The notes below the pieces were generated by a model that ran no database searches, was not told the DNA's origin, and saw nothing but the letters and a program-made list of their open reading frames with translations. A program made the position numbers and the translations under genes. A stretch of DNA of 63,012 bases, filler included, from Candidatus Nanoarchaeia archaeon (GTDB lineage: Archaea; Nanobdellota; Nanobdellia; Woesearchaeales; DATDTY01): NCBI GenBank assembly GCA_035290625.1. It is 6 parts of 6 records of this genome, joined end to end, with 100 filler letters (N's around TTAATTAATTAA, not from the genome) between each part and the next. Parts side by side here need not be neighbours in the genome. Positions count along the whole stretch, not along the records: positions 22,594 to 32,340 come from DATDTY010000005.1; positions 32,441 to 57,253 come from DATDTY010000006.1; 4 more parts are not named here. One strand, given 5' to 3'. Shown piece by piece: positions 30,501 to 41,365 of this stretch (positions within the stretch are counted from its first letter, which is position 1; each line of letters starts with the position of its first letter).

Positions 30501-32340
30501 TCTCTATTTGCCATTTGAGATAAACATAAACGATTTCTCAGGCAATGCAAATAACGGAGTGCAAAGCGGAGGGGAGTTTGTAAATGGAGTTCTTGGAAAA
30601 GGATTACAATTCAATGGAGCCAATGAATTCATCAATATCTCGGATGATGCTTCATTAGACTTTACAAACAAGAAATCATGGGAGATCTGGTTTAAGAGAG
30701 ACGCCCTGGGTGAAGAGACTGTTTTTGATAAAACAAACTCCAATGATAATCTAACAAACTATAAGCTTTATCTTGATAGCAGCAATAACCTTATATTTAC
30801 ATATTCCATCTCAGGCGTTGCAGCAGGGAATGCTATTTTTGAAACCCTCGCAAAAACAGGCTTTGATGAAGGAACATATGATGATACTGAATTTAACACA
30901 ACAAGCAATGCTGTGCAATTATCCTTCTCAAAATCAACAGGAAATTACTCATCTAATATAGCTGATGCAGGCGCAGTATCTGCGTGGAATAATATTTCAT
31001 GGACAGAAGAATTGCCGTATGGAGAAGAGCTGCCTGATGATAAAGGCACGGATGAAGGAGAGTATATGAATAAGACAAGCATGTCAGGAAATGTTCTTTT
31101 GATGCATATGAATGAAGCATCTGGAACAACTATTGTTGATTCCTCTGGAAGTGGAAATAATGGAACCTATAATGGGGCATTATTGAGTCAAAACGGAAAA
31201 CTCAGCACTTCTATTGGTTTTGATGGAGCAGACGATTCCATCCAGATACCTTCCAGCTCAGGAGATGAGCTGGATATAACCTCTGATTTGACTGTTTCAG
31301 CATGGCTCAAGTGGAAAGGTCCTTCTGATCCGCCTGATATTTATTATCCTAGAATACTTGAAAAATCATACCAAACATCTTATATGTTTTCATTAAGGCC
31401 AGATGATGCAACAAGGCTGTCAGTATGGATTGAGAATGGAGAGAGAGCATCAACTCCTTCAGGCTCATTGTCTTTGAATGAATGGCATCATGCAGCCTTT
31501 ACATTTGATGATGCTGCCAATACTGTCAAGATTTATATAGATGGGATACAGCAAGGCTCTGGCTCATATACTGGCTCGATTACAGGAAGCTCTAATGACG
31601 TGTATATTGGAAGGTATCCTCAGAGCGCAGTAGCGTTCTGGAACGGCACGATGGATGAGGTGGCGGTATGGAACAGAAGTTTAACTGCAGGCGAAATCCT
31701 GGATATTTATAAGAGAGGAGCTTTAAGGTTGAATCTAAGCGTGAGGAGCTGTGATGATTCCAGTTGCGATACAGAACAGTTTGCTGATATTACAGATATT
31801 TCCCCACAGGATTTGGCAATAACTGACAATCAGTATTTCCAATATAAATTCGCTTTTGAGACAGACAACGCTACCTATACCCCAAAGCTGTTTAATACGA
31901 CAGTTGGCTACACAGTAACAGAAGGCGTTGCAGAGACGAGTTTAAGCTCAGCAGCGCCAATAACAGACAATAACTTCCATTATGTTGCTGTTACGTTTGA
32001 TAATGATACTGCTGCTAATAACTTCAATATGTACATTGACGGAGTCTTAAATAACTCAAAGACAGATCATAATACCTCAGGATTCATAGATAATGATTTA
32101 TATGTAGGAAGGAATTACCAAGGCACAACATACTTCGATGGAACTTTGGACGAATTCAGGATTTATAATTATTCCTTAACCCCAGAACAGATCAACAACA
32201 ATTATTTATTAAATTATAATACAATAATCTCAAACGAAACAACAAGAACAGAAAGCTATATCTGCTCCATAACCCCAAACGACGGAGAAGAAGATGGAAC
32301 AACCTTAAATTCAACGTCATTAATAATAAGAAATCAGCCG
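27574..32340 (+). CDS. Very large secreted LamG/Ig-like domain surface protein (3' partial)
   Basis: Signal peptide; several LamG-like repeats (WHHAAFTFD..KIYIDG..GTMDEVAVWNRSL); many N-x-T/S sites. Confidence 0.88.
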
Positions 32341-32440
32341 NNNNNNNNNNNNNNNNNNNNNNNNNNNNNNNNNNNNNNNNNNNNTTAATTAATTAANNNN
32401 NNNNNNNNNNNNNNNNNNNNNNNNNNNNNNNNNNNNNNNN

Positions 32441-32533
32441 CTTTAGTTTTGACTCGTGGCCGAGAATATCCTGCTTGATGGCCTGGAATGATCTCCTCAA
32501 ACTCTCCTGAATCTGTGATAAATCTTCCCCCAT
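32441..32533 (-). CDS. N-terminus of a hypothetical protein (partial)
   Basis: MGEDLSQIQESLRRSFQAIKQDILGHESKLK into the gap; TATA upstream. Confidence 0.5.
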
Positions 32534-32598
32534 GAGAACAAGGCAAGTGAGAAGAGTATAAATACTTTTATATAGCTCGGAGGGTATGTTTCAGGACT

Positions 32599-32952
32599 AT
32601 GATCGTGGTTAATACGTCTAAAAAAAGAGTATTGGCACAGGATGCCGAAGAGAGGGATACATTCCTAGGCAATGGGCTCGGCCTGATGTTTCGGAAGCGC
32701 CAAAGCATGATATTGAGTTTCCCTAGTGAAGGCATCCGTGCTCTCCATATGTGGTTTGTTTTCTTTCCTATTGATGTTCTTTTTCTTGATAAGTCACAGA
32801 AAGTTGTTGAGATAAAGGAAAACTTTGTTCCGTGGTCTGTTTACTTCCCGAGGAAGAAGGCAAGATATGTTGTTGAGATCCCGAAAGGATGGACAAAGAA
32901 AAGTAAAACCGATATTGGGGATAGGATTGTTTTTAGACAAGGTAATATTTAA
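32599..32952 (+). CDS. DUF192-family protein
   Basis: GLMFR, HMWFVFFPIDVLFLD, YVVEIPKG. Confidence 0.9.
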   Translation: MIVVNTSKKRVLAQDAEERDTFLGNGLGLMFRKRQSMILSFPSEGIRALHMWFVFFPIDVLFLDKSQKVVEIKENFVPWSVYFPRKKARYVVEIPKGWTKKSKTDIGDRIVFRQGNI

Positions 32953-32976
32953 AAGCACAGCTTTGTTCTTTTCCAT

Positions 32977-35343
32977 ATGGAGACGAAAACATATCTTTGG
33001 CTTCTGGGAGCTGCTGTGCTTGTATTCTTCTGGCCCGCGGTGCTCCACCCAACCGCAGTGCTCAGCGCGGGGGATTTAACTCAGGTTTATTCCTATTATT
33101 ATTGGATTATGAGAGAAGAATGGGATTCAGATGTGTTTTCTCTCTGGGATCCCTATAACTATGGAGGCATGCCTCATAAGCTACCTACCGCTTCATTTTA
33201 CCCGGTTTCGCTGCTGTTCTTGTTCTCATTCAGGGCGTGGTATCTTAATTATTATATCATATTTCATATCCTGATTGCAGGATTAGGGATGTATGGATTT
33301 CTCAGGGCTTTGGATTTCGAGAAGCAGAGCGGTTTTATCGGCGCATTGATTTTTATGCTGAGCGGGAATCTTGTGAGCAGGATTGCGGGGCATATACCAC
33401 AGATGACGGTCTATAGCCTTCTCCCTTTAGGTTTCTTGTTTTTGGAACTGGTTATCCAGAAGAAAAGATGGCTGTTTGGAATTCCTTTGGCATTTGTGCT
33501 TGCTTTACAGATCCTCACTGAGCATTTCCAGTATGTGTTTTATTCATTCTTTGCGTTATTGATTTATGGAATATACAGGATTCTTCAGGAAAAGAGGCCT
33601 CTTTTGAGCCTTGGATTGGTTGCTCTAGCAGGGATTGTTGCAGTTAGCCTAAGCTTGCCTGCATTTGTTCCTACACTCAATTTTCTTCCTTTGTTGAGTA
33701 GGATTGATGGGAATATAGGGGGAGGTGACTTTGCGTATGCGTCCTCCTTGTCCTTGCCACCTTATCATATGGTAGGTCTAGCTCTGCCTTGGTTTTTTGG
33801 ACGCGGAGATCTCTATTGGGGTGCTCCAAACTTCACAGAATTGTATATGTATATGGGAGTGTTGGGATTGGTATTAGCTGTGGTTTCTTTTTGGAATAAG
33901 ATGTTCAGGCATCGGTGGTTTTTTTGGGGGATGCTGGGGGTCTCATTGATCATTATGTTTGGAAGCTTTACGCCCTTGTTTTATCTCATTTTTAAACTGA
34001 TTCCTGCGTTTGCCTATCTCAGGACACCAAGCAGGTTCCTTATGATATTCAGTTTCTGCTTTGCTGTTTTGACTGCTTCAGGTATGAGTTTAGTGTTGTC
34101 GAGGAGCTTGAAGGAAAACTTATGGGGATGGACGCTTGGGATTGGAGCAGTGTTTTCAGGGATTTCATTGATCGGAGGATGGTTTTTAAAGGATTGGATT
34201 ATTTCGTTAGGTAAACTTATCCTAGAAAAACTTTATTTCGGCGTTTATCAAAAAACAATATTTGTGCAACAGCATAGCTTTGAGTCCCTTGTTGCGAGGA
34301 TTCCGGAGGTTTATTCTACGATTATGCAATCGCTTCTTTTCTTTACGTTATTTTTTGTTGCGTCAATTATCCTTCTTATCTTGTATTCAACTAAGCGTAT
34401 ATCAAATAAGGCTTTTTTCTTTAGCGCTTCTGCTGTGCTGATTCTTGATCTTGCAGTTTTCGGGAATGTGTTTATTCAGCCGATATATAGCGAGGAATTG
34501 TATAGGTCCACCCCAGTGGTGGATTTCTTGAGGCAGTCTGAGGGAAGATTTTTGAGCAGGCATCCTGATTTAGTTCCGGCACATCTTGTCGGAAAATATC
34601 ATCTTCAGAACCTTCTCGGATATGGTTCCAGCAGGATTATTTTCTTTGACAGGTTTTTGGATGAGGGTCTTGGAATTATTGATGACGTGCATAAAAAGGT
34701 TAAGTGGGGTCAGCTTATTGTTCCGGTTGGGAGTCTTGAGACCGATTATATCGCTAAGCTGCTGGGGATGGCCGGAGTGAGGTTTATTGTTTCGGACGAA
34801 CTGGTGAAGAATATTGATTTTGTTTTTGTGGATACTATTGATGGAGCGTTTGTATATGAGAATGTGCGGGCACTGCCGAAGGCATATATTGTGTATAGAG
34901 CCGTCAGATCCGATGATGCTTTTTCATTGGTGAGGAAGGATTCATTTGATCCAAACATGACGGTGATTTTGGAGCGGGGGGTGATTGGGGGTATGCCGAA
35001 AGGTGCCTATCGTGTTGAGGTTGTAGAGGGTTCTCCGGAGAGGATGAGGATTGAGGCGATGCTGGATAAGCCGGGGTATCTTGTACTGACCGAAAGCTAT
35101 TTCCCTGGCTGGAAAGCATTTGATAATGGAAGGGAGATAGAGATCCTCCTTGCAAACGGATTCCAGAGGGCTGTCTGGCTGGATGCAGGAGAACATGAGG
35201 TTATTTTTAAGTATTCCCCCAAATACTTCACGGCGAGTATTATTGTAAGTGGTATTGCCTTGCTTCTTTTCTTGATAAGTTCGTTGGTTTATGCGTGGAC
35301 AATTATAAAATGCAACAATAACGAAACCCGCACTAATCCCTGA
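32977..35343 (+). CDS. YfhO-like GT-C membrane glycosyltransferase
   Basis: LWDPYNYGGMP, many TM segments, ESYFPGWKA..G.HEVIFKYSP. Confidence 0.88.
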   Translation: METKTYLWLLGAAVLVFFWPAVLHPTAVLSAGDLTQVYSYYYWIMREEWDSDVFSLWDPYNYGGMPHKLPTASFYPVSLLFLFSFRAWYLNYYIIFHILIAGLGMYGFLRALDFEKQSGFIGALIFMLSGNLVSRIAGHIPQMTVYSLLPLGFLFLELVIQKKRWLFGIPLAFVLALQILTEHFQYVFYSFFALLIYGIYRILQEKRPLLSLGLVALAGIVAVSLSLPAFVPTLNFLPLLSRIDGNIGGGDFAYASSLSLPPYHMVGLALPWFFGRGDLYWGAPNFTELYMYMGVLGLVLAVVSFWNKMFRHRWFFWGMLGVSLIIMFGSFTPLFYLIFKLIPAFAYLRTPSRFLMIFSFCFAVLTASGMSLVLSRSLKENLWGWTLGIGAVFSGISLIGGWFLKDWIISLGKLILEKLYFGVYQKTIFVQQHSFESLVARIPEVYSTIMQSLLFFTLFFVASIILLILYSTKRISNKAFFFSASAVLILDLAVFGNVFIQPIYSEELYRSTPVVDFLRQSEGRFLSRHPDLVPAHLVGKYHLQNLLGYGSSRIIFFDRFLDEGLGIIDDVHKKVKWGQLIVPVGSLETDYIAKLLGMAGVRFIVSDELVKNIDFVFVDTIDGAFVYENVRALPKAYIVYRAVRSDDAFSLVRKDSFDPNMTVILERGVIGGMPKGAYRVEVVEGSPERMRIEAMLDKPGYLVLTESYFPGWKAFDNGREIEILLANGFQRAVWLDAGEHEVIFKYSPKYFTASIIVSGIALLLFLISSLVYAWTIIKCNNNETRTNP

Positions 35344-35465
35344 ACCTAAAGGTCCTGGTTTTTGGTCATGCAATTTTCTACCCAGGGGAATTTTCAATAA
35401 ATATTTATGTTCTTAACTATAAGATATAGTCGGTTTTTTATATGAGGAATTGTTTTCTTAATGGG

Positions 35466-36389
35466 ATGAGGAGGGAATGGCTGTATTTCATCGGGATTGT
35501 TCTTTTTGGATTTATTCTTAGCAGGATAGATTTCCTTAGACTTGTTACAATTTTGCTCGAGGCTGATATCAGAATAGTTTTTCTTGGGCTGTTATTGCAT
35601 ATTGTGATTGTTGTAATTCGGGCGTATAAATGGCAGTACATTATGAAAAAACAGGAGCTTTCGTATGCATTATGGGATTGCTGCGTCATGTATGCTTCAG
35701 GCATGTATCTGGGGTTGATTACTCCCGGGAGGATCGGAGAGTTTGGAAGGGTATGGTATCTCAAAGAGGGGCATTCATTCGGAACGAGCATGTGGTCTGT
35801 TTTTCTCGACAGGATTACGGACTTTATGATGCTTGCTTTGATCGCTTCCCTTGGTGTGTGGTATTTCATTGGAGAGGTATGGGTGTTGGCGGTGTTTATG
35901 TTTTTGATTGTATTGGGATTTGTGTTTATCCAAATGAGAAGCTGGGAAGGTTTCACAAGAAGCTTTTTGGGTTTCATGCTTCCCAAAAGGTATAAGAAGA
36001 TGGTTATTGAGAATCTGTCTGATTTTTTTGCGGGGTTGAACGGCCTGAGCGTTTTGGATGGATCGTGGATTGTTTCTTTGACTGTAGTGGTTTGGGTGAT
36101 GTACCTCTTTCAGGTTTACCTTATGAGCCTGAGCCTTCAGCTGCCGTTGTCTTTTGCTTTTGTTGGGTTTAGTGTAGGTATTTCGGGATTGGTGTCACTA
36201 CTTCCGATAACCGTGTTTGGGGTCGGAACAAGAGACGCTACGTTTATATTCCTGTTTGGATTGAGGGGGCTGGGAAAAGAGTCTGCTGTTGCGCTCTCGA
36301 CATTGACGCTGGCTATTTTCATTTTTTCTGCAGCAATTGGACTGATGGCATGGGTATGGAAGCCTATTAGCATTAGATTTAAAAGCTGA
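35466..36389 (+). CDS. Lysylphosphatidylglycerol synthase TM / flippase-like protein (UPF0104)
   Basis: RAYKW, TPGRIGEFGR, DRITD, LPITVFGVGTRD. Confidence 0.88.
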   Translation: MRREWLYFIGIVLFGFILSRIDFLRLVTILLEADIRIVFLGLLLHIVIVVIRAYKWQYIMKKQELSYALWDCCVMYASGMYLGLITPGRIGEFGRVWYLKEGHSFGTSMWSVFLDRITDFMMLALIASLGVWYFIGEVWVLAVFMFLIVLGFVFIQMRSWEGFTRSFLGFMLPKRYKKMVIENLSDFFAGLNGLSVLDGSWIVSLTVVVWVMYLFQVYLMSLSLQLPLSFAFVGFSVGISGLVSLLPITVFGVGTRDATFIFLFGLRGLGKESAVALSTLTLAIFIFSAAIGLMAWVWKPISIRFKS

Positions 36390-36407
36390 TTCGGATTTGC
36401 TGACCCT

Positions 36408-37370
36408 ATGAAGTATGTTTTGGTTACCGGTGCAAATGGCTATGTAGGGCAACATGTTGTGGATGAGTTGCATCAACGCGGGCACCATGTTGTTGGATTT
36501 ATCCATAAAGGCACTGCATATTCGGCGATCGCAAAAAAGCTTCATCGCACTGTTATTGGTGATATTTTAGACAGAAAGTCTCTTGATTCTGCCGTTAGGA
36601 ATGCTGATTCCGTGATCCATTTAGCTGCTGCAATGCGAAAAATACCTTGGAAAGAGAACTATGACGTGAATGTAGTAGGAACGCAAAATCTTATTGAGAG
36701 TTGCAAAGCCCATGGGGTGAAACGGGTCATCTTCACAAGTTCTGTAGGGGTTCTTAAGAGAAAATTGGGTCCGTATGGAAAAACCAAGCTCATGGCAGAG
36801 AGATTATTTGAGAATTCTGGTTTAGAGTATACAATTTTTCGTCCAGAAATGATCTACGGCATAGGGGGGGTTGGGATTCATAATGTGATACAATTTACAC
36901 TTGGATTTCCCTGGATCATTCCTCTTGTGGGATATGGGGGACAGACTCGCCAGCCAATTCGAGTTGAAGATGTTGCAACGGTGCTTGTTGGTGCCCTTGA
37001 TAATACGAAAACAATTGGGAAGACGTATCCCCTTTGCGGAAAACAGAAGCTGAAATTTCGTGAGTTGGTTGATTTAGTCGCAAAGGCTGCAGGAGTGAGG
37101 AAATTAAAGGTTCCTGTTCCTGTCTTTTTGTGCTATGCTGCTGCTAAACTACTTGAAAAGACACTCTCAAAGCCTCCTTTCACATCTGAGAATGTCAGAA
37201 ATCTAAGCCAGACCACAGTAATGGACCCTGCCGAGTTAGAGAAAGATATGAAATTTAATACCGAAGATGTTGAAACTGGGATTAATAATCTCATTCAGGA
37301 GATGAAAAAACGAGGAGTTATTTTCCAGGGGAGGTTTAGACCGGAGGCTTCTTTAACAAGATTTAAATAA
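36408..37370 (+). CDS. NAD-dependent epimerase/dehydratase
   Basis: VTGANGYVG, HLAA, YGKTK. Confidence 0.92.
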   Translation: MKYVLVTGANGYVGQHVVDELHQRGHHVVGFIHKGTAYSAIAKKLHRTVIGDILDRKSLDSAVRNADSVIHLAAAMRKIPWKENYDVNVVGTQNLIESCKAHGVKRVIFTSSVGVLKRKLGPYGKTKLMAERLFENSGLEYTIFRPEMIYGIGGVGIHNVIQFTLGFPWIIPLVGYGGQTRQPIRVEDVATVLVGALDNTKTIGKTYPLCGKQKLKFRELVDLVAKAAGVRKLKVPVPVFLCYAAAKLLEKTLSKPPFTSENVRNLSQTTVMDPAELEKDMKFNTEDVETGINNLIQEMKKRGVIFQGRFRPEASLTRFK

Positions 37371-37393
37371 CATCTTTTACCTCTTGAAAGTAT

Positions 37394-37510
37394 GGGGCTG
37401 TAGTATAACTTGGCTAGAACAGCTGGCTCCAGTCAATGGAGCAATGAGCACATGGTGCGATGACCTTTGGGATAGACCAGCGGATCTGGGTTCGAATCCC
37501 AGCAGCCCCA
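37394..37510 (+). tRNA. trnW: tRNA-Trp(CCA) with an intron of about 43 nt (about 37433-37475)
   Basis: Acceptor GGGGCTG/CAGCCCC-A; anticodon stem GCTGG/CCAGC with CT-CCA-G; T arm CTGGG-TTCGAAT-CCCAG. Confidence 0.92.
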
Positions 37511-37550
37511 TTTTGTATGGTGGCTTGTTGAACAAATCCCGGGTGTTTTG

Positions 37551-38279
37551 ATGGCGCAATTTTATCCAATGCAATGGTACATCTTAAAGTGCTTTGATCA
37601 GCTGATTAATAAGTATGGTCTCAAAGGGCCGTTTCTCGATGCTGGGGGTGGTTTGGGAGAGGTAAGCCAGTTCTTAGCTAAGAGAGGGTGGAATGGTAAA
37701 CTTGTAGACTCCTCGGAGCGAGCAGTCCAGAAGGCAATGTCGAGGCTGAGGGAGTACGATGTCTTGGTAGTAAAGCGTCGTATAGAAGAAGAAACCGGCG
37801 TGTACAATACCGTCGTTCTTTTTGATGTATTGGAGCATATCAAAGACGATGAAATGGCGGTAAAAAAGATTCGAGCAAATCTAAGAAGAGGGGGGCACCT
37901 TGCAGTCACTATCCCCCTCAAGCAAAAAGAATGGAGGTGGGATGACGAATTGAATGGCCATTATAGAAGATACGAATTGGGGGAATTCCTGAGACTCATG
38001 CAAAAATATGGATTCCGGCCATTAGAAGTTGCGGATTATACCTTCCCTTTTTTCTGGCTGGCTAGACGCTTGCTCACTTTCGCATGGCCTGCTCCTTTGG
38101 AGATTGAAGGGCGCACTAAAGAAGAGTTAACGGAGTTACGAAAAAAGTCGTTTGAGACCGTAATGTTTATAAAGATGATTGAATGGAGGTTCCTTTGGTT
38201 TCCTGTATATTTTGTTCAGGATTGTTTCAAATGGGGGCATTATGGGTTTGAAGGATTGATTATATTTAGACGTGAGTAA
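37551..38279 (+). CDS. Class I SAM-dependent methyltransferase
   Basis: LDAGGGLG, DVLEHI, HYRRY. Confidence 0.9.
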   Translation: MAQFYPMQWYILKCFDQLINKYGLKGPFLDAGGGLGEVSQFLAKRGWNGKLVDSSERAVQKAMSRLREYDVLVVKRRIEEETGVYNTVVLFDVLEHIKDDEMAVKKIRANLRRGGHLAVTIPLKQKEWRWDDELNGHYRRYELGEFLRLMQKYGFRPLEVADYTFPFFWLARRLLTFAWPAPLEIEGRTKEELTELRKKSFETVMFIKMIEWRFLWFPVYFVQDCFKWGHYGFEGLIIFRRE

Positions 38280-38580
38280 TATGAAAGTTGAAGTACTAAA
38301 ATCGTCGGACGATCGTGTTAAGCAGGCCAGGTTTCCGGAACTTTTTGCGCTCTGTGTGGACAAAGAATTGCTCGTGAAGCGGTTCGGGCAGCCGACACGA
38401 GAGAATGAATGGTTCCTCCGGCTTGAATTTGAGCAGATTGGAAGTGTTGAGTCAAGGAATCCGGAAGAAGGGTTGATGTTTTCGGTTAAAGAATCTGAAC
38501 CAATGGAGTGGTCTGTGTGCTCAAATGTGAAGAATAAAAACATGGTTTTCCAATACTTGAGACAAAGAAAAATCTGCTAG
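38272..38580 (+). CDS. Hypothetical protein
   Basis: ORF fills the gap between co-oriented genes. Confidence 0.5.
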   Translation: MSNMKVEVLKSSDDRVKQARFPELFALCVDKELLVKRFGQPTRENEWFLRLEFEQIGSVESRNPEEGLMFSVKESEPMEWSVCSNVKNKNMVFQYLRQRKIC

Positions 38581-38590
38581 GTGATCACAA

Positions 38591-40006
38591 ATGCAACGCA
38601 TTTTATTTATCCAACCGCCTCCGCTACAGCAGCAGGACTTGATGGAGAATATTCGATACCCTCCTCTTGGTATCACATCGATAGCAGGATTTATGCGGGA
38701 TAAAGGATACATTGTTGGATTGTATGACGGATGCGCCGTCAAGGCTTCTGCGGATACTGTGCTTCAAGAAGTTAGGAGGTTTAAACCAGATGTCGTTGCC
38801 TTAACCGCAACATCTGCTATAATTCATTATGCCTTTGCAGTGGCTGAGAAAGTTAAAGAGTTGGACCCCTCAATAAAGGTGGTGATAGGGGGGCCTCATG
38901 CTACTGAACTCCCCCATCATGCTCTATCTAATGCAAATGTTGATGTTCTCCTAAGGGGGGAAGGCGAATTGAGTTTGCTGGAGCTTATGAAGGCGTTGGA
39001 AGGAGGAGGAGACCTTCGCTCTATCAAAGGGATTGGATTTATGGAGAACGGCAGAATGATTCTAACGCCACCTATGCCGCTTATCACAAATATTGATGAG
39101 TTGCCTTTTCCGGCATATGATCTCCTTCCCATTAATAATTATACAAGCCCATACTCACGTCGTAAGCCATTCATGGCCATGGTAAGAACACGAGGATGCC
39201 CTTATGATTGTTCGTATTGTGAGATTCCTAACGTGTATGATCGACGGTTCCGGGTCCAGTCTCCTGAGCGGTCAATTAAAGAAGTGGACTACCTGGTGCA
39301 GACTTTAGGTGTGAAGGAGATTAGTTTTAAGGATCCGATATTTACTCTTCTACCAAAGAATGTTATGGAATTTTGCGATTTGCTTATAGAAAGAGATTAT
39401 GATCTTAGTTGGTGTGGAAATGCGCGTGTTGATAATTTTAGCCTTGACTTGGCAAAGAAAATGAAAAAAGCTGGATGTTTTAGTGTTACGTTTGGCTTGG
39501 AGTCTGGGGATCAGAGGATCCTTGATAATCTAAGAAAGCGAGCAACTGCGGAACAGGGAAAGGAAGCTGTCAAGATTGCTAAGATGGCTAGATTAGACGT
39601 CGTAGCTAATTTTATGGTCGGAAACCCTGGAGAGACAAAGGAATCCATAGAGAGAACGATACAATATATGAAAGAGATAGACCCGGCGTATGTCTACATG
39701 GGGTTTTGCACAGCATTTCCAGGAACTGCGCTGCAGCGGCAGGCGGAACAGAATGATTGGATTCTTCAGAAGGATCCGACTGCAGTGCGATATGAGGATC
39801 TTCAGATGAATGCCACAAATTTGAGCAATGAGGAGCTCAAGCAGGCACTCAATAGAATGTATCGCGCATTTTATTTTCGGCCGAAGTATATCGCACGACG
39901 GATGCTCAAATTAAAGCCAGCTGATGTGCGGAATAATTGGAATGGGTTTTGGTCTATAGTGCGGAATACTTTAAGGGTCAAAAGAGGAGAAGAGTTAAAG
40001 ACTTGA
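38591..40006 (+). CDS. B12-binding radical SAM protein
   Basis: PPLG, GGPHAT, GEGE, RGCPYDCSYC, GLESG. Confidence 0.93.
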   Translation: MQRILFIQPPPLQQQDLMENIRYPPLGITSIAGFMRDKGYIVGLYDGCAVKASADTVLQEVRRFKPDVVALTATSAIIHYAFAVAEKVKELDPSIKVVIGGPHATELPHHALSNANVDVLLRGEGELSLLELMKALEGGGDLRSIKGIGFMENGRMILTPPMPLITNIDELPFPAYDLLPINNYTSPYSRRKPFMAMVRTRGCPYDCSYCEIPNVYDRRFRVQSPERSIKEVDYLVQTLGVKEISFKDPIFTLLPKNVMEFCDLLIERDYDLSWCGNARVDNFSLDLAKKMKKAGCFSVTFGLESGDQRILDNLRKRATAEQGKEAVKIAKMARLDVVANFMVGNPGETKESIERTIQYMKEIDPAYVYMGFCTAFPGTALQRQAEQNDWILQKDPTAVRYEDLQMNATNLSNEELKQALNRMYRAFYFRPKYIARRMLKLKPADVRNNWNGFWSIVRNTLRVKRGEELKT

Positions 40007-40047
40007 AGGCAATAGTATATAAAGGATAAATGTTGTTGTTCTTTCTG

Positions 40048-41202
40048 ATGTTTAGCAAAGCGCTTATTGGGTCAACTGCAACGCTTGTTGGGTACATCAT
40101 AGGAGCAGGTATCCTTGCCCTGCCGTTTGCATTCGGCCAGGTGGGGTATCTTACCGGGGCAGCTCTTGTTGTTTTTCTCGGATTTGGGCTGATGATCCTG
40201 TACCTTTATCTCGGAGAGGTCGTATTGCGGACCAAAGGCAATCACCAGATTCCCGGGCTTGCAGAACGCTATCTTGGAGCAGGAGGGAAATGGGTGATGT
40301 ATCTGGCGATGATCTTGGGAGGCTATGGGAGCCTGACTGCCTATATGATCAAGGAGGGAGACTTTCTGCAGCTGCTCCTTTTTCCGTTGTTTGGAGGAAA
40401 TTCGCTTCTTTATTCTTACGCATTCTTCCTTATTGGAGCATTGCTGCTCTACATCGGATTGCGGCTTGTGGAGAAGGTTGAAGTGCTGCTTGTAGCCCTT
40501 ATCATCCTTGTCGTCGGATTCGTGTTTGCCTTTACATTGCCGCTGATTCAGCCAGAGGCTGTTTGGCAGTTTGATATCAGCAAGGTGTTTGTTCCTTATG
40601 GAGTGATCTTTTTTGCTTTTATGGGCATCGGAGCAATCCCTGAGATGCATGCAGAGCTCATTGGCAGATATCGTATTCTCAAGCATGCCATTATACTTGG
40701 GACCCTGATTCCCATGATTGTTTACCTGCTGTTTCCGTTTTCGATAGTAGGCAGTGCCGGGCCAGAGGGAGTAAGCGAAGGCACAATTGAGGGTTTGCAG
40801 AGAGCAGTTGGCAGGCCTTTCTTTATGGTGGCCCTGTTTTTTGGGATGCTAACCATGGCAACGTCATTCCTTGCAGTTGGATTGGCAGTCAAGGAGGTAT
40901 TCCGCTTTGACAGCAGGATTTCTGAGACCCGTTCCTGGGTTTACACAATCATTGGACCGCTCGCCTTGTTTCACCTGATGCGATTCTCAGGGGTGGAACA
41001 TGCGTTCTTTAAGATTATTGATATTACCGGGGCTGTATCCGGAAGCATTATCGGGATTGTTGTGGTGTTGATGTTCTGGAGAGCGAAGCAAAAAGGGAAT
41101 CGGGAGCCTGAGTTCGAGGTTTCTGGCAACAGGACAATTGGATGGCTGCTTATAGGGCTGTTTGTCGTTGGGATGGTTCTGGATCTCTTACGGCTTTGGT
41201 GA
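40048..41202 (+). CDS. Aromatic amino acid permease-family transporter
   Basis: IIGAGILALPF, PYGVIFFAF; multiple TM segments. Confidence 0.9.
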   Translation: MFSKALIGSTATLVGYIIGAGILALPFAFGQVGYLTGAALVVFLGFGLMILYLYLGEVVLRTKGNHQIPGLAERYLGAGGKWVMYLAMILGGYGSLTAYMIKEGDFLQLLLFPLFGGNSLLYSYAFFLIGALLLYIGLRLVEKVEVLLVALIILVVGFVFAFTLPLIQPEAVWQFDISKVFVPYGVIFFAFMGIGAIPEMHAELIGRYRILKHAIILGTLIPMIVYLLFPFSIVGSAGPEGVSEGTIEGLQRAVGRPFFMVALFFGMLTMATSFLAVGLAVKEVFRFDSRISETRSWVYTIIGPLALFHLMRFSGVEHAFFKIIDITGAVSGSIIGIVVVLMFWRAKQKGNREPEFEVSGNRTIGWLLIGLFVVGMVLDLLRLW

Positions 41203-41209
41203 GGGCAGC

Positions 41210-41354
41210 TGCTCAGTAGAAAGTCATACGGCATCGAGCTCGCTTGCGCTTCCTTCACTGTTTGCTGACACCCCCGAAGGGGCCTACCCTCTGTCAGCAG
41301 TGTCGTTAAAGCTGAAGAAGCTCGCAAAAATGATGCCGGACTTTCTACTGAGCT
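41210..41354 (-). mobile_element. Structured hairpin MITE-like element, copy E8 (minimal form)
   Basis: 15-bp IR GCTCAGTAGAAAGTC/GACTTTCTACTGAGC; CGGCATC/GATGCCG; core GCTGACACCCCCGAAGGGGCCTACCCTCTGTCAGC; TSD GAGGGCAGC within a 14-bp DR TGAGGGCAGCTGCT; lies between convergent genes. Confidence 0.9.
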
Positions 41355-41365
41355 GAGGGCAGCTG

